Below, one piece after another: positions 1 to 14,169 of a stretch of DNA of 64,000 nt. The notes under the pieces were generated by a model. It was not told the origin of the DNA. It ran no database searches and saw nothing but the letters and a program-made list of their open reading frames with translations. The position numbers and the translations under genes were made by a program. This DNA is from Octopus sinensis (lineage: Eukaryota), in NCBI RefSeq assembly GCF_006345805.1, contig NC_043000.1, positions 139,872,001-139,936,000 of the forward strand, written 5' to 3'. Numbering within the stretch: position 1 is the stretch's first letter; each line of letters starts with the position of its first letter.

Positions 1-1470
1 ATTATGGCTCTGGCATTCAGCTTGCAAGCATGACAGAGAAGACCAGGAAGGAATGTTTTAGGAGAATTCGAGCAATACTGAAATCTGAGCTAAATTCACA
101 TAACGAGTTGTTAGACATAAATTTCTTAGCAGTTTCAGTTGTTACTTGTAGCTTCAATGTGTAAAAACTGAAATATCTGTGAAATAGAAAATAAATTGAC
201 CGAAAAATAAGTAAGCAGTTGGTTTGTAATAAGATACGTCACCCAGAGCAGACGTAGATCGTCTTTACCTTCCCAGAGCCCAAGGAGGTCGAGGCTTGGT
301 CCAGTTTGAACTTTCGTACAAGACCTTCCCAATTGGACTGGCCAAATATCTTGAAACAACTAACAACTGGATGCTAAAGCTTTTTGAATATCACTAAATG
401 CATAAGAATATTCATTCTGTCTTGAAGGAGTACTACAAATTTCTAATCTGATTTCATGCCAGAAACAAAAGCTGAACAGCTTGAGGGAAATGCAGCAGCT
501 GTTATTGCGAAGGTAAAATTAATGGCAAAGAAAAAGTGCATGAACAATTAGCTAGTAGGTGAGAGCAGAAACCGTTGCATGACAAATATGTTACCTGTAG
601 CAAAGAAGCAGATGTTGACGAGAAGAATATCCCTCAGTGGCCACAGAGTTCAGAGCTAAAAGCAAAGAGTGAAGGCTTCATCTTAGCTGTTCAAGATCAA
701 AGCTTATAGAGCTGGAACTGCCTAGCCAATGCGATGAAAAGTGGAGTAGACCCAGGGTGCCGATTCTACAATGTTGAAATTGAATCAATGGATTGCATAG
801 TCTCTGGCTGTATATTTGTAGCCCCAGAGGAGTATAAATCAAGATATGACAGTGTTGGGCCAATATGTATGCTGGTTAATGAAATTGCAACTGAGTAAAA
901 AAGGCTGTAACTGAGTAAAAAATTGTTACGATTCTTTAGGACTTTCCAGGACATACATACAGAACAATTAAAAAGCTAATAAACCGGATATTGTTGTGAA
1001 AGATCACATCAATAAAATTTGCTTGTTGATTGGCTTGAGTATTCCTTGCGATCATAATATTTTGGCAAAAGAATTTGACAAGCTCAGAAAATAAGGACTG
1101 GCTCATTGAAATCAAAATCATGTGATATGTCAAGGAAGTTAAGATGTGATTGTAAGAGCAATTGAAATGATAAAAAAAAAAGAAATGAAAGTTATTTTAC
1201 CATATCTGGCTTGCCCTCCATCTAAGAAGAGCAAAAAATTGCTTTAACTGGTATGTCACACGTATTGAGAAGAACGTTGTCACTGTGAGCACGATTACTA
1301 CACATGTTGATTTTTAAAAACATAACTTCATTTGATTTTGTATATGAACAATCTGTTGTGCTTATCTTAATGGCATATCAACGTATACTGTGAGTTTATT
1401 TGCCCCAGGAGTTGGAAGAAATTCGACAAAAAATGCCAACAAAATAAAAAGTAAAACTAAATAAAATAAT
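1..1470 (+). mobile_element. Decayed R4/Dong-like non-LTR retrotransposon (RT thumb, CCHC knuckle, restriction-like endonuclease, 3' UTR), cut by the window edge
   Basis: Manual translation across stops and frameshifts: RRIRAILKSELNS, ADVDRLYLPRAQGGRGL (~255-300), ELKAKSEGFILAVQDQSL (~655-705), ESMDCIVSGC, KPDIVVKDH..CLLIGLSIPCD (~980-1050). Ends in (TAA)n. Confidence 0.9.
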
Positions 1471-1505
1471 GATGATGATGAGAAAAATAACAATAATAAT
1501 AATAA

Positions 1506-1570
1506 CCAAGGCACAAAGAGCTGCGTTCGGTAGTGCAGTGAAAGCGTGTGATAAAAAAGAAGACTACTGA
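1506..1570 (+). mobile_element. 65-bp unique insert between two (AAT)n tracts, possibly an extremely 5'-truncated TAA-tailed retroelement
   Basis: Non-repetitive segment caaggcacaaag...gactactga flanked on both sides by (AAT)n; family not identified. Confidence 0.35.
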
Positions 1571-1594
1571 ATAATAATAATAATAATATTATAT

Positions 1595-1649
<55 letters not shown>

Positions 1650-1650
<1 letters not shown>

Positions 1651-1987
1651 GTGGGGGAGCATCATAGCCATGTGTTGAGAGGGATTCTTTGGGGTTTGAA
1701 TAATTCACCTCTGGAAACATGGGTGGTTCTTTCAACATCCTTAAACAACCCTTATTCAGCGACCGTTTGAGCAGGATGGGCTACTCAACCTGAAGAAAAT
1801 TCTAACTGGGCCCCACCTGCAAGGTCATGTGCTGTTTATCTTGATATGAGATCACCATGTTGCGCACATATGGTTGTGATGCACGTGTCTGGTGTACCCT
1901 TATCAGACGGGTAGTCATGATGGGTATATTGGGCTTCGTATATTTTAACCCAGTGTCACTTTGATGGCATGAACTGCTGTCTCACTC
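1650..1987 (+). mobile_element. 5'-truncated copy of the 554-bp (TAA)n-associated element
   Basis: Near-identical to 2337-2672. Lacks the first ~218 nt but keeps the 3' end (ctcactc) and an (AAT)n tail. Confidence 0.9.
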
Positions 1988-2000
1988 AATAATAATAATA

Positions 2001-2055
<55 letters not shown>

Positions 2056-2080
2056 CATAATAATATTGATGATAATAATA

Positions 2081-2118
<38 letters not shown>

Positions 2119-2120
<2 letters not shown>

Positions 2121-2672
2121 CCCTGATGCAGTACCAGGCAGTGGCTCTCATGGCTTCTGATCTTAACTGATTGGAAGTGTTATCATGTACATTGTTTTGT
2201 CTTGGTATAAAAGATGGGCTACAGCAAATATTCTACTCAATACCACAGATTTGCTTGTCAGTTGTTTGGTCTTAACCAGTTGAGCATGTCCCTTAGTGGC
2301 TGACGATATGTGCATCTCTGATCACGAGCAGAAGTAGTGGGGGAGCATCATGGCCATGTGTTGAGAGGGATTCTTTGGGGTTTGAATAATTCACCTCTGG
2401 AAACATAGGTGTTTCGTTTAACATCCTAAAGCAACCCTTATTCAGGGACCTTTTGAGCAGGATGGGCTACTCAACCTGAAGAAAATTCTAACTGGGCCCC
2501 ACCTGCAAGGTCATGTGCTGTTTATCTTGATATGAGATCACCATGTCGCGCACATATGGTTGTGATGCATGTGCCTGGTGTACCTTATCAGACGGGTAGT
2601 CATGATGGGTATATTGGGCTTCGTATATTTTACCCCAGTGTCACTTTGATGGCATGAACTGCTCTCTCACTC
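2119..2672 (+). mobile_element. 554-bp non-coding element inserted in (TAA)n, apparently full length
   Basis: tgccctgatgcagtacc...gctctctcactc flanked by (AAT)n on both sides. Three copies in the window; no ORF and no TIR seen. Confidence 0.9.
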
Positions 2673-2688
2673 AATAATAATAATAATA

Positions 2689-2737
<49 letters not shown>

Positions 2738-3691
2738 GTAATAATTTAATGGGGAAATAAGTATTATCGACGTTACGGTCGTTTCCGTGACCGAAGGTTT
2801 TTGTTTTATTTCATATCTCATACAATGTTATGTAATGCATTAAAAATCAAGATGTCTGAGGAAGTGAATGAACTACGAAATTTTTTATTACATATTTCTA
2901 CAAATTGAATGTCTTGCATAAAAATGTATTAATTATGAAATAGAAACAATCGTTCGTTTACGGAAATGATTGTCTTGTCGACTTGACATCTGTCCTTATT
3001 GAAATTTTTATCATTATTAACTTCACGGGGTTTATATTAAGCTACTGGCTCTTACTTTGAAGTTACGAATTATAAATATGCCTGTTAATCTCTTTATAAT
3101 CTTTATCCGTCGTTATTGGGTTCCTACGGTAACAAGAATTCTACACGATATGCTGATGACGTAATCACCAAGATTATTATTACCCCTTCACTCACTCACT
3201 TCATCAATACACACATACACACACGCACACCTGCATACACACATACACAAAAATGCACACACACATGCCCAGCCCACACACATACGCCCTGCACAAATAT
3301 ATATATGCGAATTTGATGTTAATTAAAATGTTTGACATATTTCAACTTCTAAAGGTAAATCGACTGCAGTTACAGTGGAGAAAAAAACTTTTACGGCAAA
3401 ATGTGTAAAAACACCATATCTGTCCAGTGCTACCGTCTTTCGGATTCCCAGACACACTGTTTCTAGATCTTTAACCGATATCAATAGGAAATACCGAAGG
3501 GAGGCAACTCTGGACAGATTTAAAGCCGTAACTTTATCTAAAACATTTACATAGCCCAGATGGACACCTATTTACAAGCTAAATTTCTCACTTAAAACGT
3601 TATAACTCACATCTTGCAAGCAGTATCACATAAGTAACTTGCTCAGCTCTCAGAAACCATGTATTGTATGATAGTCTTCCAGAATCTAATA

Positions 3692-3877
3692 CAGTGTTTC
3701 TTAACTTCTTCACAGCGGTTCCCAACAATGTTTCATAACCCTTTTATTTAAATGAATTTTCCCACGGACTCCTTTTAATATGCTTATCCTTATGTATGTA
3801 TGTATGTACGTACGCATGTATGTATGTATGTATGTATGTATGTATGTATGTATGTAGTATGTATGTATGTATGTATG

Positions 3878-3909
<32 letters not shown>

Positions 3910-3992
3910 AAGTTAATCCAAACATGAAAACACAAACAGAAAACACAACAGCGCGAGGACGTGGAACAAATATAGTGTTATTGGACGCTCAG

Positions 3993-4049
<57 letters not shown>

Positions 4050-4085
4050 ATATATACACATACACATATACATACATATATATAT

Positions 4086-4135
<50 letters not shown>

Positions 4136-4238
4136 TACATACATATGTGTGTGTGTAATTTTGAATTTATTTCATGGACCGTCAGTACTACCCTTGCATA
4201 CCACCAAGGGTCCACGGACCCCAGCTTGGGAATCACTG
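3692..4238. mobile_element. hAT/Charlie-type MITE containing (TATG)n/(TA)n tracts and a nested family-H fragment
   Basis: Imperfect TIRs cagtgtttcttaac / cttgggaatcactg; 8-bp TSD atctaata (3684-3691) vs atctagta (4239-4246), 7/8 identical. Confidence 0.8.
3911..3992 (-). mobile_element. Family H (TA)n-embedded repeat, fragment lacking the hammerhead portion
   Basis: aacatgaaaacacaaa..gaggacgtggaacaa..gacgctcag matches 19760-19968, 37393-37612 and 43165-43365. Confidence 0.8.
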
Positions 4239-6049
4239 ATCTAGTACATAGAACAGTTGAACGTTCTCTCCAGGTTAGAAATTGCTAGGCATAAGGGCTT
4301 AGAATTTTGCTTTTAGTTGACTCACTAAGAAGCTGCTCGTCAACTAAGTTAATGTTCTATGTAAGGAGCTATTATAATTTTTCCTGTTATATTTATAACT
4401 TTGTCAATTAGTTTGTAGCCTTCCTAGTTAATTTTCTATAGCATCTTCTTCCTCATTATAGCATTTGACGAGCTCATTGTTATGTCAGTCACTAGGAATG
4501 ACTCGTTCTTATACTTTTTGACTCATTATATGTGTGACTCGAGTGTACCCAACTTTTTCAGATATTTTCAGCATATCAGTAGTTATTATTGATGCCTACC
4601 ATGCCTTCATAGTTTTAATTGTATTTCCACCCATATAAATATGGTTTCCGTTGTCAGACCTTCTTTTGGCTTTCCCTTTTTGGCGAAAATTTTCCTTGTT
4701 TCCAGTATTTCCAGGTACGCCATTTAGTTTTTATGATTCTATTTACCAGATCATTCTGTCACTTGACCACTTACGTGCAGCCGACTGTTACATTGACACT
4801 TTCAATTACCTTCTAAGTTATAGATCTTTGTCACCTCCTACTTGATATGTATGTCATCCAGTACATCTTGGAACATGTCTAGCAGAAGTATTTTCAACTT
4901 TCATAGCTTGCCTCTTTAGATTTTAGATTGCCATTTTTCTCTGGATTGGTTTATCCCTTTTCCGATGTATCTAATCACCGGTCTATGCTATATGAAACGT
5001 TGTCCACTGTAATCACGTACTCGTACGCATCATATCATATACATAGAATTTATGATAGTTTCCTGTCAATACTGTTGTGGAATAACTAAATCAATTTTGC
5101 TGAAAATACACTCTTTGAAATATATATTTCATATACATTTTAACGAAGAAATGAATAGAAAATGGCAGAAGGAAGTCGTAGTTTTGAAAAGAAAAATGTA
5201 AGGATTTATTCTTTACTAAAATATGAATAACGGACACGATGGCCCAATAGTAAAAAGCAAGAGTAATAGAGAAAGATTATTTCGTGAAATGGTAGCAAAC
5301 AGTACTAACTACAATTAAATATTTGTTGGTACAGATGAGCTTGCACAGAGGAAAATGTTACTGAAAATGTGTTGAGTATGAACTGATATAATTAGTGGTT
5401 TTGAATAAGTTCGCATGTTGCAGCACTTTATTGGTGACATGTTTGTCAATATAAATAGCTGAATATCGAATATCGATCAGCGTCAACGTTTGACTACAAA
5501 CGTTTCCGTTACTTGCTTTGCTGACTTAGTGAAGAAACTTATATTAAGGCTGACTGGATCACAATCAACAACGTTGATTGGGTAGTTTAATTTTGACGTC
5601 ATTAGTCGATTTGACGTGCATTCCAAACGATTTACTGGTTAGCATTGTGCTAACAGTATAAATCAATTTCGTGTTCAGTTGCTTATCACAAGTTTTACGA
5701 ATGCAATGACTGATTCCGGTTTAGAATTTAGGCCAAAACTTACTGCATATCTAACACATCTGTGTGCAATATTGACATAAATATGCACAAATGTAAGACA
5801 TACATTCAACAAAACAATTTCCATGTTTCACATATATGCATCGCAAACAATAACACACACGGCAACGTATAAAATGGAATGGGAGCTTTCGGCAAACACG
5901 TTAGGTGCAAAGTACAAAGATGCACTCTCTTCTGGATAGGTGGCAGTGATGGTATGGTGCTGTAGGCTTACTTCTGTCAGAAATGAGGAGATAAACTGAT
6001 TGAGATGGTCAGAGAGTGTGTGCTAAGATTATATATATAGTTTTGAGTT

Positions 6050-6250
6050 TTAAAGCCCTTAAAAGGGCAAAAAAGGCTGATTTTATAGTTTTGGTACTTT
6101 TTAAAGGTTGTTTTAGAACAAAAAACTGATATTTTTCTTCAATAAAAATTAACGTTAACGGCTTATCGATAACTTCCGTTACACTTTTAAAGAATTAACT
6201 GATTAACGGTTATCGAAGGTAACTTTTCGATTAACGGTGCCCACCTTTGA
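6050..6250. mobile_element. Possible single terminus of a hAT-like DNA transposon
   Basis: Subterminal ttaacgg/ttatcga repeats ending in ggtgcccacctttg; partner terminus and TSD not found. Confidence 0.35.
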
Positions 6251-7521
6251 TGCACTGGCTCTAAACTGAATCAGACTGGATGATCTACTGTATTTGTGTA
6301 GGTTCTGCGTTCTGAATTGAAAGACTTAATTTGGTTGTGAACACAACTCGAAGCTTGGTGTAACATCGTAAGCAGACATCTTGCTTCCCGTTATCAGAGT
6401 TCATTTTGTTGCAAATTTAGGGACTAGATATCCGGTTTGAAGATATTTTCCTTTCTCCCACTAGTCTTGGACGCCCTGTACGAGGATCATGGATTCCAAC
6501 TTCTCTCTTGACTTCAAAATAATTAAAGGAAAGGAGATGCACGCATTGTCATTATAGACCTTCTAAGAGTGGTATGGGCAAGATAGTTAATGTCAGTTTT
6601 GGATAGTTCAGAGTTGATGGCAGCAGGAAAAAAATCATCATCGGTAGGTTTGAAATTTCAAATACTGACGTTCTGGGGAGGGAAGAAGTAAGACATATCA
6701 GAATGTCTATTGTGGGACTTAGGTTTGCCTATTGAAAAAACCGCTCAAAAGAATCAATAAGGCTTTTAGTGCTTGCCGTAACAGAAATTTTAAGTTGCAA
6801 TTTGAGCTGAAGTCATCCTGTTCATTTAGATTATTAAAATTAGCTGTGCAGGGAAAGAGAAGTGGACCATCACGAGAAGTGCCTTGCAATTTTGATACAT
6901 GTTGGCACTTTCCGAATGAATTCAGTTGGGGGATATTTATGCGAACGTATACTTCGAAATTAAGAAACTGGAAAATGACTAAACGTATGTTTTTGTTAAT
7001 GGTGAATAAAAAGTCACTAATTTCAGATTTAACAGTAGTAAAACTTTACTTCGTGATATAAACTGTCGTGGCACAACAGAGAATCGGAACCTAAGTTCCT
7101 ATGATGCAACAGTGTAGGGGATATCTGTAATGAAAGATATTCAAAATGTATGTTTGGAAATTTGAATTCAGTTAAAATGTATCATATTTTAAACCTGAGA
7201 CAAGAAAACAAGAAAGATTTTGCAACCTTACAGATGATGTGGTTTACACTGAACTGACTAAAGAAATGTAAAGCGTAGAAAGTTAATCCATATTTTCCAA
7301 TGTAGGCAATTATGATTGATATTCTTAGAAATATTGAAGTATGTGAATCAAGCTTTTATGCATTTAAACATACACACAAATACATAGATAGGTATGAGCG
7401 TTCGTAGCTTTAAAAAAATGTTAAATTTATTTCCAGAACAGAGACCACTTTTTGCCAATTGCAGTGATTTCACTAGGCGCATTGTAAAACAAGTTGAATT
7501 AGTGCAATATAATTGGCTGTA

Positions 7522-8046
7522 CAATGATCTCTCGACTATTGCGGGTGTTACGTTCCAAAGCATCCCGCGGTAGGTGAAAATCCGCGAAGAAGAGACAGTA
7601 CTGTAGTGTATATATTTTTTATTATTTTTATAATTTGTATATATTTATTTTATTATAAATGCAAAACAATACCATACATTCGACTCCCGAGTTTCGTTTT
7701 CCATACAGTATGTGCGATTCTTTGTCTATTTATCTACGGTACACTACTTATTTTCTTTTAATATATTTTAATTAATGTGTTGTACAGTGCAGTACTGTAC
7801 TCAATTATTATTTATTAATTTTAAAAATTTTTGACGTGAAAATGCTTATTTCACCACAGAAATAATTAAAACCTAAAAACATATAAATACCTATCGACCG
7901 CAGAAACCCGTGGTATACTGAGGAGTCCGCGATATAAATTTACATATATTAGCCAGAAAAATCATCGACGTACTTAGTGCGCGATAGGTGAATTACGATG
8001 TACTGAGTACGCAGTAGGTGAACGGCGATATGGTGATGGATTACTG
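7522..8046. mobile_element. Tc1/mariner-superfamily (pogo/Tigger-like) MITE
   Basis: TA|caatgatctctcgactattgcggg ... gcgatatggtgatggattactg|TA: imperfect TIRs with TA TSD and internal ccgcg/taggtgaa subterminal repeats. Confidence 0.7.
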
Positions 8047-11000
8047 TATAACAAATGTGCTTTTGTGATCAAGCACTTTCACCATATTTCGATGCTTGTT
8101 GATTGCCATTCCACTTTCCTTACATTTTAAAATGGTTTTGAGGAAACAAACAAGGTCATAGAAGACATCAAATAAATTCTTTTTTTTTCTAGATTGGATG
8201 ATGTGATTTGAAATTATTTTTCCATATAGAGCTCTTTCATTCGCGTGCAGTATCATAGATGTGACAGCTGCGTTTTTTTTTTGGTAAGTTTAAACTGTCA
8301 GAGCTATGAGACAGTTTTAAAGACGTGTTTAGCTTCAGATTTACAGCATGAAGTTGGTGATTGATAGATCTTCTTGTACACAAGCAAGTTATCAGTTCAA
8401 ATCTCAATGAAGTAAATTTTACTACTTTCAAATGGAGGCAAAAAATAATGTGCCTGTCAAGTACTAGGGTTGATTTATTAGATTTTACTATCTCCCCAAA
8501 TTCGTGCCAATCTCCCGCTGTTAAAAAGCAATATTTTCAGGGGTTATTTTGAATAAAAATAAAACTTTAATTAACTATATTTCACAAATAAAAAACAAAA
8601 TCCTTTTAATGCATTTGAATTAGAAATCAGGCTGTTTGTATTCGAACATAACTTCCAGTGATCTATTTTATGGTTGTAACACAGGATTTAAAAAATTTGT
8701 ACACTTTGTTCAATGCATTATAAGCCTTGGGAAAAGGAAAGGTCAAATGCTTATTAAAGACAGTTTTCTGTATATGAAATTAAATAGGTAAGAATTTATG
8801 AAAATGTATACAACATACAGATACAGATTTTATAGGAAACATAATAGATATTTCGTTATGAATTCCTATATTTCAACATAGTATAAAAGCGGCAGTGAAT
8901 TTAAACTAAAGCAGTGACAAAATATGTGAGTATTCATATGTACATATATACGTGTGTATGTGAGTAAAATGTATAGAAAAAAGTTATAGCATATGCGTGC
9001 GTTCATATTTCCTTCCACTCGTGCAAATTCCTTGTAATTCCTATGCATGTGTAAATATCACTATACTTGAATATAAGAATAAGATATTGAATACATCACT
9101 TCTATTGTATATTTTAAAATCAGATTGAAATCTTCAAGAAAAAGGATTTCCGATCAAATCTTTTTTTTTTTTTTTACTTTTAATCATTTTTCTGCGAACT
9201 GAAATATTTCTCGAACCTGCAAGGAAGTAAAAAGAAAACTCGACTCAAATACAAAGTAACACTTGCCAATTTGTCTTGTCAATGAAAAAGTAATGCCTTC
9301 TAAGTTTGAAATGTTACTTATAGATGACTGCAATCACTTCGACCACATTCATTAAATTTTGCTTCAAAACTTTGTGAAACTTTCTGTAACCTAGTAATTT
9401 CCTAAGCAAGATGATTCGAAAGCGAAAGTTGTGGGAGAGCAGAAATATAAAGATAGATAGATAGACAGAGAGAGAGAGATAGAGAAATAGAGACAGAGCG
9501 AGAGAGAAGACAGATGAAAAGCGAAGGTGAGAAAAAGAGAGAAAGAAAAGGCATGATGTTATGTGATGCAGATAATTTGTTCATCTATCTGATATCGTTC
9601 TGAAAACTCAGTGACTGGTTATCGAGGAGCAACCGGTAATTCACTGATGACTTTGCTCCAATATATTATACCCATTAAATTCTGTACAAAATATCTGTTT
9701 CGTCTTGGTGCAGTGTCTGCGTGTCTGTCCCACTCTCCCTTTCACACTTTCTTTTTCTTTATATACATCTATACCCATATATACATACATATATATACTT
9801 ACATACGTACATTACTCACATACTTGTGTGTAAATTTACATACATATATATGTATATATATCATTTACATATATACATGATATATTTTATATACTTATAT
9901 ATGTGTACATCCAATGTATATGTGTGTTGCACATACCTATATACATGCATGTATTAATGTATATGTATAGCTTATGTATATATCAAAGAAACAGTCAAAG
10001 AATTCTGCGATTCCAGCCTGAATCTGTCTACTCATGTAAACAGAACAGCTATCATTTATATAATACCTAATTTGTATTCAAGTAAGAATTTTCGTTTCTT
10101 AATTAGTTTCCAAGTATGAAATATTGTCTTCTTACATGCTCTGATTCAGTCACTCAGAAATTCCTCATCTAACACACACCAAAACTAACTTTTAGTTTTA
10201 GAAATTGAGATAGTACAAATTCCTATTCTATACATTTACAACCCCACATACATACAAACATTTAGAGAAATATATCAATCAATCCGATCAAACTTATCTC
10301 TTGTTATCTCCATACATATATTTGCATGCGTATATATACACAAACACGCACACAAACACACACATGTACATATATATGTGTGTGTGTGTAGGTCTAAGGA
10401 TTTAATGTATACAGTGACTCACAGATCCGCACATTTATATGGGTAAAGATATGCACGTGCGTATACGTATAAATTATATGTATATGTGTGCACACCCATG
10501 CATACACACAAATACATACACACACACATCATGATTGTTTTGTGAATTTGAAGAAATTTAGTTGTAGACTACTTCGTATTTATTTAGTAGTAACAGTAGA
10601 ATATGATGTTTTTATCGTATACTCGTGCGTATTTCGATTTAATAGAGCTCTTCAGGGCCATATTCAATTTTAGTTTATTTATCTAGGCTACGGAACTATG
10701 AGAACATTTTGCGAATTAAAAAGTCTCCCAAATTTGTAAAATCAGAAACTATATTTTTTAGAATTTTGCAAACCAGAAAGTTATAATCTTTTCATATAAT
10801 GAAGATAGGAGAAGAAATTAAAAGGGCAGATATACACAATGAATGCTTTTTTAGATTAGAGAGATAAAGACGGGGCTGCTCGAAGTTTTTCTACCACTGG
10901 CTTTGGAGCTTTATAATTCCAAATTTCGGTTTTTACGGGAAATATTTCAACGTTGTTGACTTCGTTTGCAGCTATATTATGTTTATATATGTTTTATAAG

Positions 11001-11340
11001 GGAGGGAACCACGTGCCTCTGTATTTCTGGGTCAATTGTTGATTTAAGTCGTTTCAAATTTTTACTACCCGAAAACTATATATGCATGACTGGAATTATT
11101 TTTGTAACTCCGGGAGATCATTCATACCTACTTCAATGTCTCTAGCGAGTACATCATTTGAATAAAGGGTACCTTAACGCATATTGTATACTTTCTCTCA
11201 TTCCTCTTTTCTACAAATGCTTCTTTCTCCTTCCTTTCTTTGAAAGTTATTTGCTATTTTCCAAAGTCATTCTGTTTTTTTAAACTTATATTTTAAATTT
11301 CTTTTGGGAAATTACATAAGCATCTGTTTCGTACATATTC

Positions 11341-11657
<317 letters not shown>

Positions 11658-11764
11658 AGACACAAGGCCTTTAATTTTGTGGAAGTAAACTAGTCGATTA
11701 CATCAACCATAGAATTTTGCTGTTTCTTAATTTATCGACCCCGAAAGGATGAAAGGCATAGTCA
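11658..11764 (-). mobile_element. SINE-A 3' fragment abutting the 5' truncation point of a LINE
   Basis: tcgaccccgaaaggatgaaaggca central domain plus gacacaaggcc tail type. Confidence 0.75.
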
Positions 11765-13008
11765 CTGAGACTGATGCTTAAGTCGAAATTAAATGGACGT
11801 AATAAGATTGAAGCTATCAATACCTGGGCGGTTTCACTCCTTAGATATAGAGCAAGGGTAATCGCATGGACAGAAGACGAACTAAACGGCTTGGACAGAA
11901 AGACAAGAAAGTTGCTAACAAGATATGGGATACTCTACCAAAAAGTTACACAGACAGGCTATATGTACCAAGAAAGAAGGTGGGAAGAGGACTGATTGGA
12001 TTGGAATACAACACTAGAGCTGAAGAAAACAACATAGCATGGTATGTAAAAAATGCCACAGAACCACTATTTTTGGAAGTAAGGAGGTCAGGCTTGTGTA
12101 GGATGGAAGATTGCATAAATAAAGCACTGTACGCGCATTTGAGATGGAATGAAACTGAAAATAGGTGAATAAAGAAAAGAATGCATGGACAATTTCATAG
12201 GGATGTTGAATATAAGACAGACAGAGTAAAAAGATGGCTATGGATGACTAAAAGTGATTTAAAACCGGAAACGGAGGCTCTAATCTGTGCTGGCCAAGAG
12301 CAAGCACTTAGAACGAATTGCATGAAATACAGAATAGATAATACTTGAGAAAGTGATAAGTGCAGAAATTGTGGACAAAATGGTGAAACCGTATGGCATA
12401 TTACCAGTCAATGTACGCCACTAGCCAAAAAAGAATGTAAGAGACGTTATGACAATATAGCCTAGCTTTTCAATTGGACACTTTGCAACAAGTATGGACT
12501 TGGCAGAGCTAAAACAGTGTTGCGTACATAAATCCGAAGGCACCATCGAAAATGATAATGCCAAGATCCTATGGGATTATATGATTCAGTGCGACCATGA
12601 GATAGAAAATAGGAAGACAAACATAGTATTAATTGAGAAAGCAAGCAAATGATGCTGGATCATAGATATAGCATGCCCAACTGACAACAAGGTATGCGAT
12701 AAGGAAGAAAGAAAAGTCGATAGATATTACTGGTTTGCTTGGGAGGTTAAGCAGCTGTGGTCGCTGAAAAAGGTGGTAGTAGTACCAATAATTGTCGGAG
12801 CTCTGGGAACAGGGAGTAAAAATCTTGAGAAGTAAATGAAACAAATAGGGGCTGCAATAAGGGTGGAGCACTTGCAGAAAACAGCACTTTTTGGAACCGC
12901 TCGAATACTCCGGATAGTGCTCGAAAAATATGGATGTTACATTAGTTCACTGGTAGTGAACAGCTGGCACCGTAGTACATCTCTAGGATTTAGAAACTGT
13001 GCAAAGAC
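11765..13008 (+). mobile_element. 5'-truncated R4/Dong-like non-LTR retrotransposon, second subfamily
   Basis: LKSKLNGRNKIEAINTWAV, DRLYVPRKK.GRGL, EALICAGQEQAL, CRNCGQNGETVWHITSQC (CCHC), IIDIACP, VPIIVGALG, HLQKTALFGTARILR; then (AAT)n tail from 13009. Confidence 0.93.
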
Positions 13009-13071
<63 letters not shown>

Positions 13072-13145
13072 CATACGTAGAAGAAGAAGAAGAAGAAGAA
13101 GAAGAAGAAGAAGAAGAAGAAGAAGAAGAAGAAGAATGATAATAA
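13009..13145. repeat. (AAT)n LINE tail followed by (AGA)n
   Basis: Visible tracts; explains the poly-I/poly-R ORF. Confidence 0.95.
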
Positions 13146-14169
13146 TCGTTTCGAATTATATGTATGGTCTAAATTTAGAACTCAAGATTTCAATATTAAA
13201 TAGATAAATTTATCTATGAAAGTTCGTTGTTTTCTAAAGCAGAAAAAATAAATGGATAGAAAAACAAAGAGGGAAAGAGAAAGTGGGAAAGAGAGAGAGA
13301 GAGCGAGAGCGAGACAGACAGACAGACAGACAGACGAACAGAGACAGGGTAGACAGAGACAAAGAGAGTGTGGAGGAAGTGAAATGCACCGAATCTTTGC
13401 GTTTTGCCACATAAACTTGGTAACACAGAACCTAAGTCTACACACACACACACACATTCATATATAAGCATGCTTTCTTATATTTCCTATATTCTTTTAA
13501 AAATAGACGGCTTTCTTTGTATTGGAAGAATTTAGCGGAAAAAATATGCATTGTACTGATTGTAAAACACTTTGAAATTCAATAGACAACACTAACATAT
13601 TGTCAGATTTGAAATGAACCAACAAATTCATCGATAGTCACAAATATCTTTTCAACTATTTTTATATGTCTATTTTTAATAACAATTTTAAAAAAAAATT
13701 TCTCCATTTAATCTCTTTATATTTACAGACATCATTGTTGCATAAATTTTGTTTATTTCATTATTGGGAAATATTTTATAAGTGTAAGTTGATAATGATA
13801 TAATAGATAAGAGTACTCGAGAAATGTGCTAAATATCTTGGCTCAGTGGTACTTATAAAATATTTGAAAAATATTTATAAAAATAAGGAGTCTCAAATTT
13901 GTTCAAATCCGGTGGGATCTTTTGTTAGCTTTTTAATGACCTCGCTATATATAATTTCCCTTCCAAGATTTTCCAACTGAAAAATAATCTTTCCTTTAGT
14001 TATTTTATAGTAAAATATGTTCATCCAAGGCATACCTGTGTTGTATGAAATGCAATAGTATTATAATTTATTTACATGTTTCAGGTAAAAAGAAAAGAAT
14101 GAATGCTGCCACCAAATGAAAGGGAATTAAGAAATGCATGCTAAATTATAACGACAATGGTCTGTGGTA

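Noticed and set aside
4540-5000. Possible minus-strand LINE RT relic
   Set aside because: No diagnostic motif could be read with confidence.
6300-7100. Possible piggyBac transposase relic
   Set aside because: The weak motifs I could find fall on opposite strands and are inconsistent.
10615-10660. Minus-strand CTGAAGA...GAAA hammerhead-like string
   Set aside because: Stem II and stem I cannot form; a chance match or too degenerate to call.
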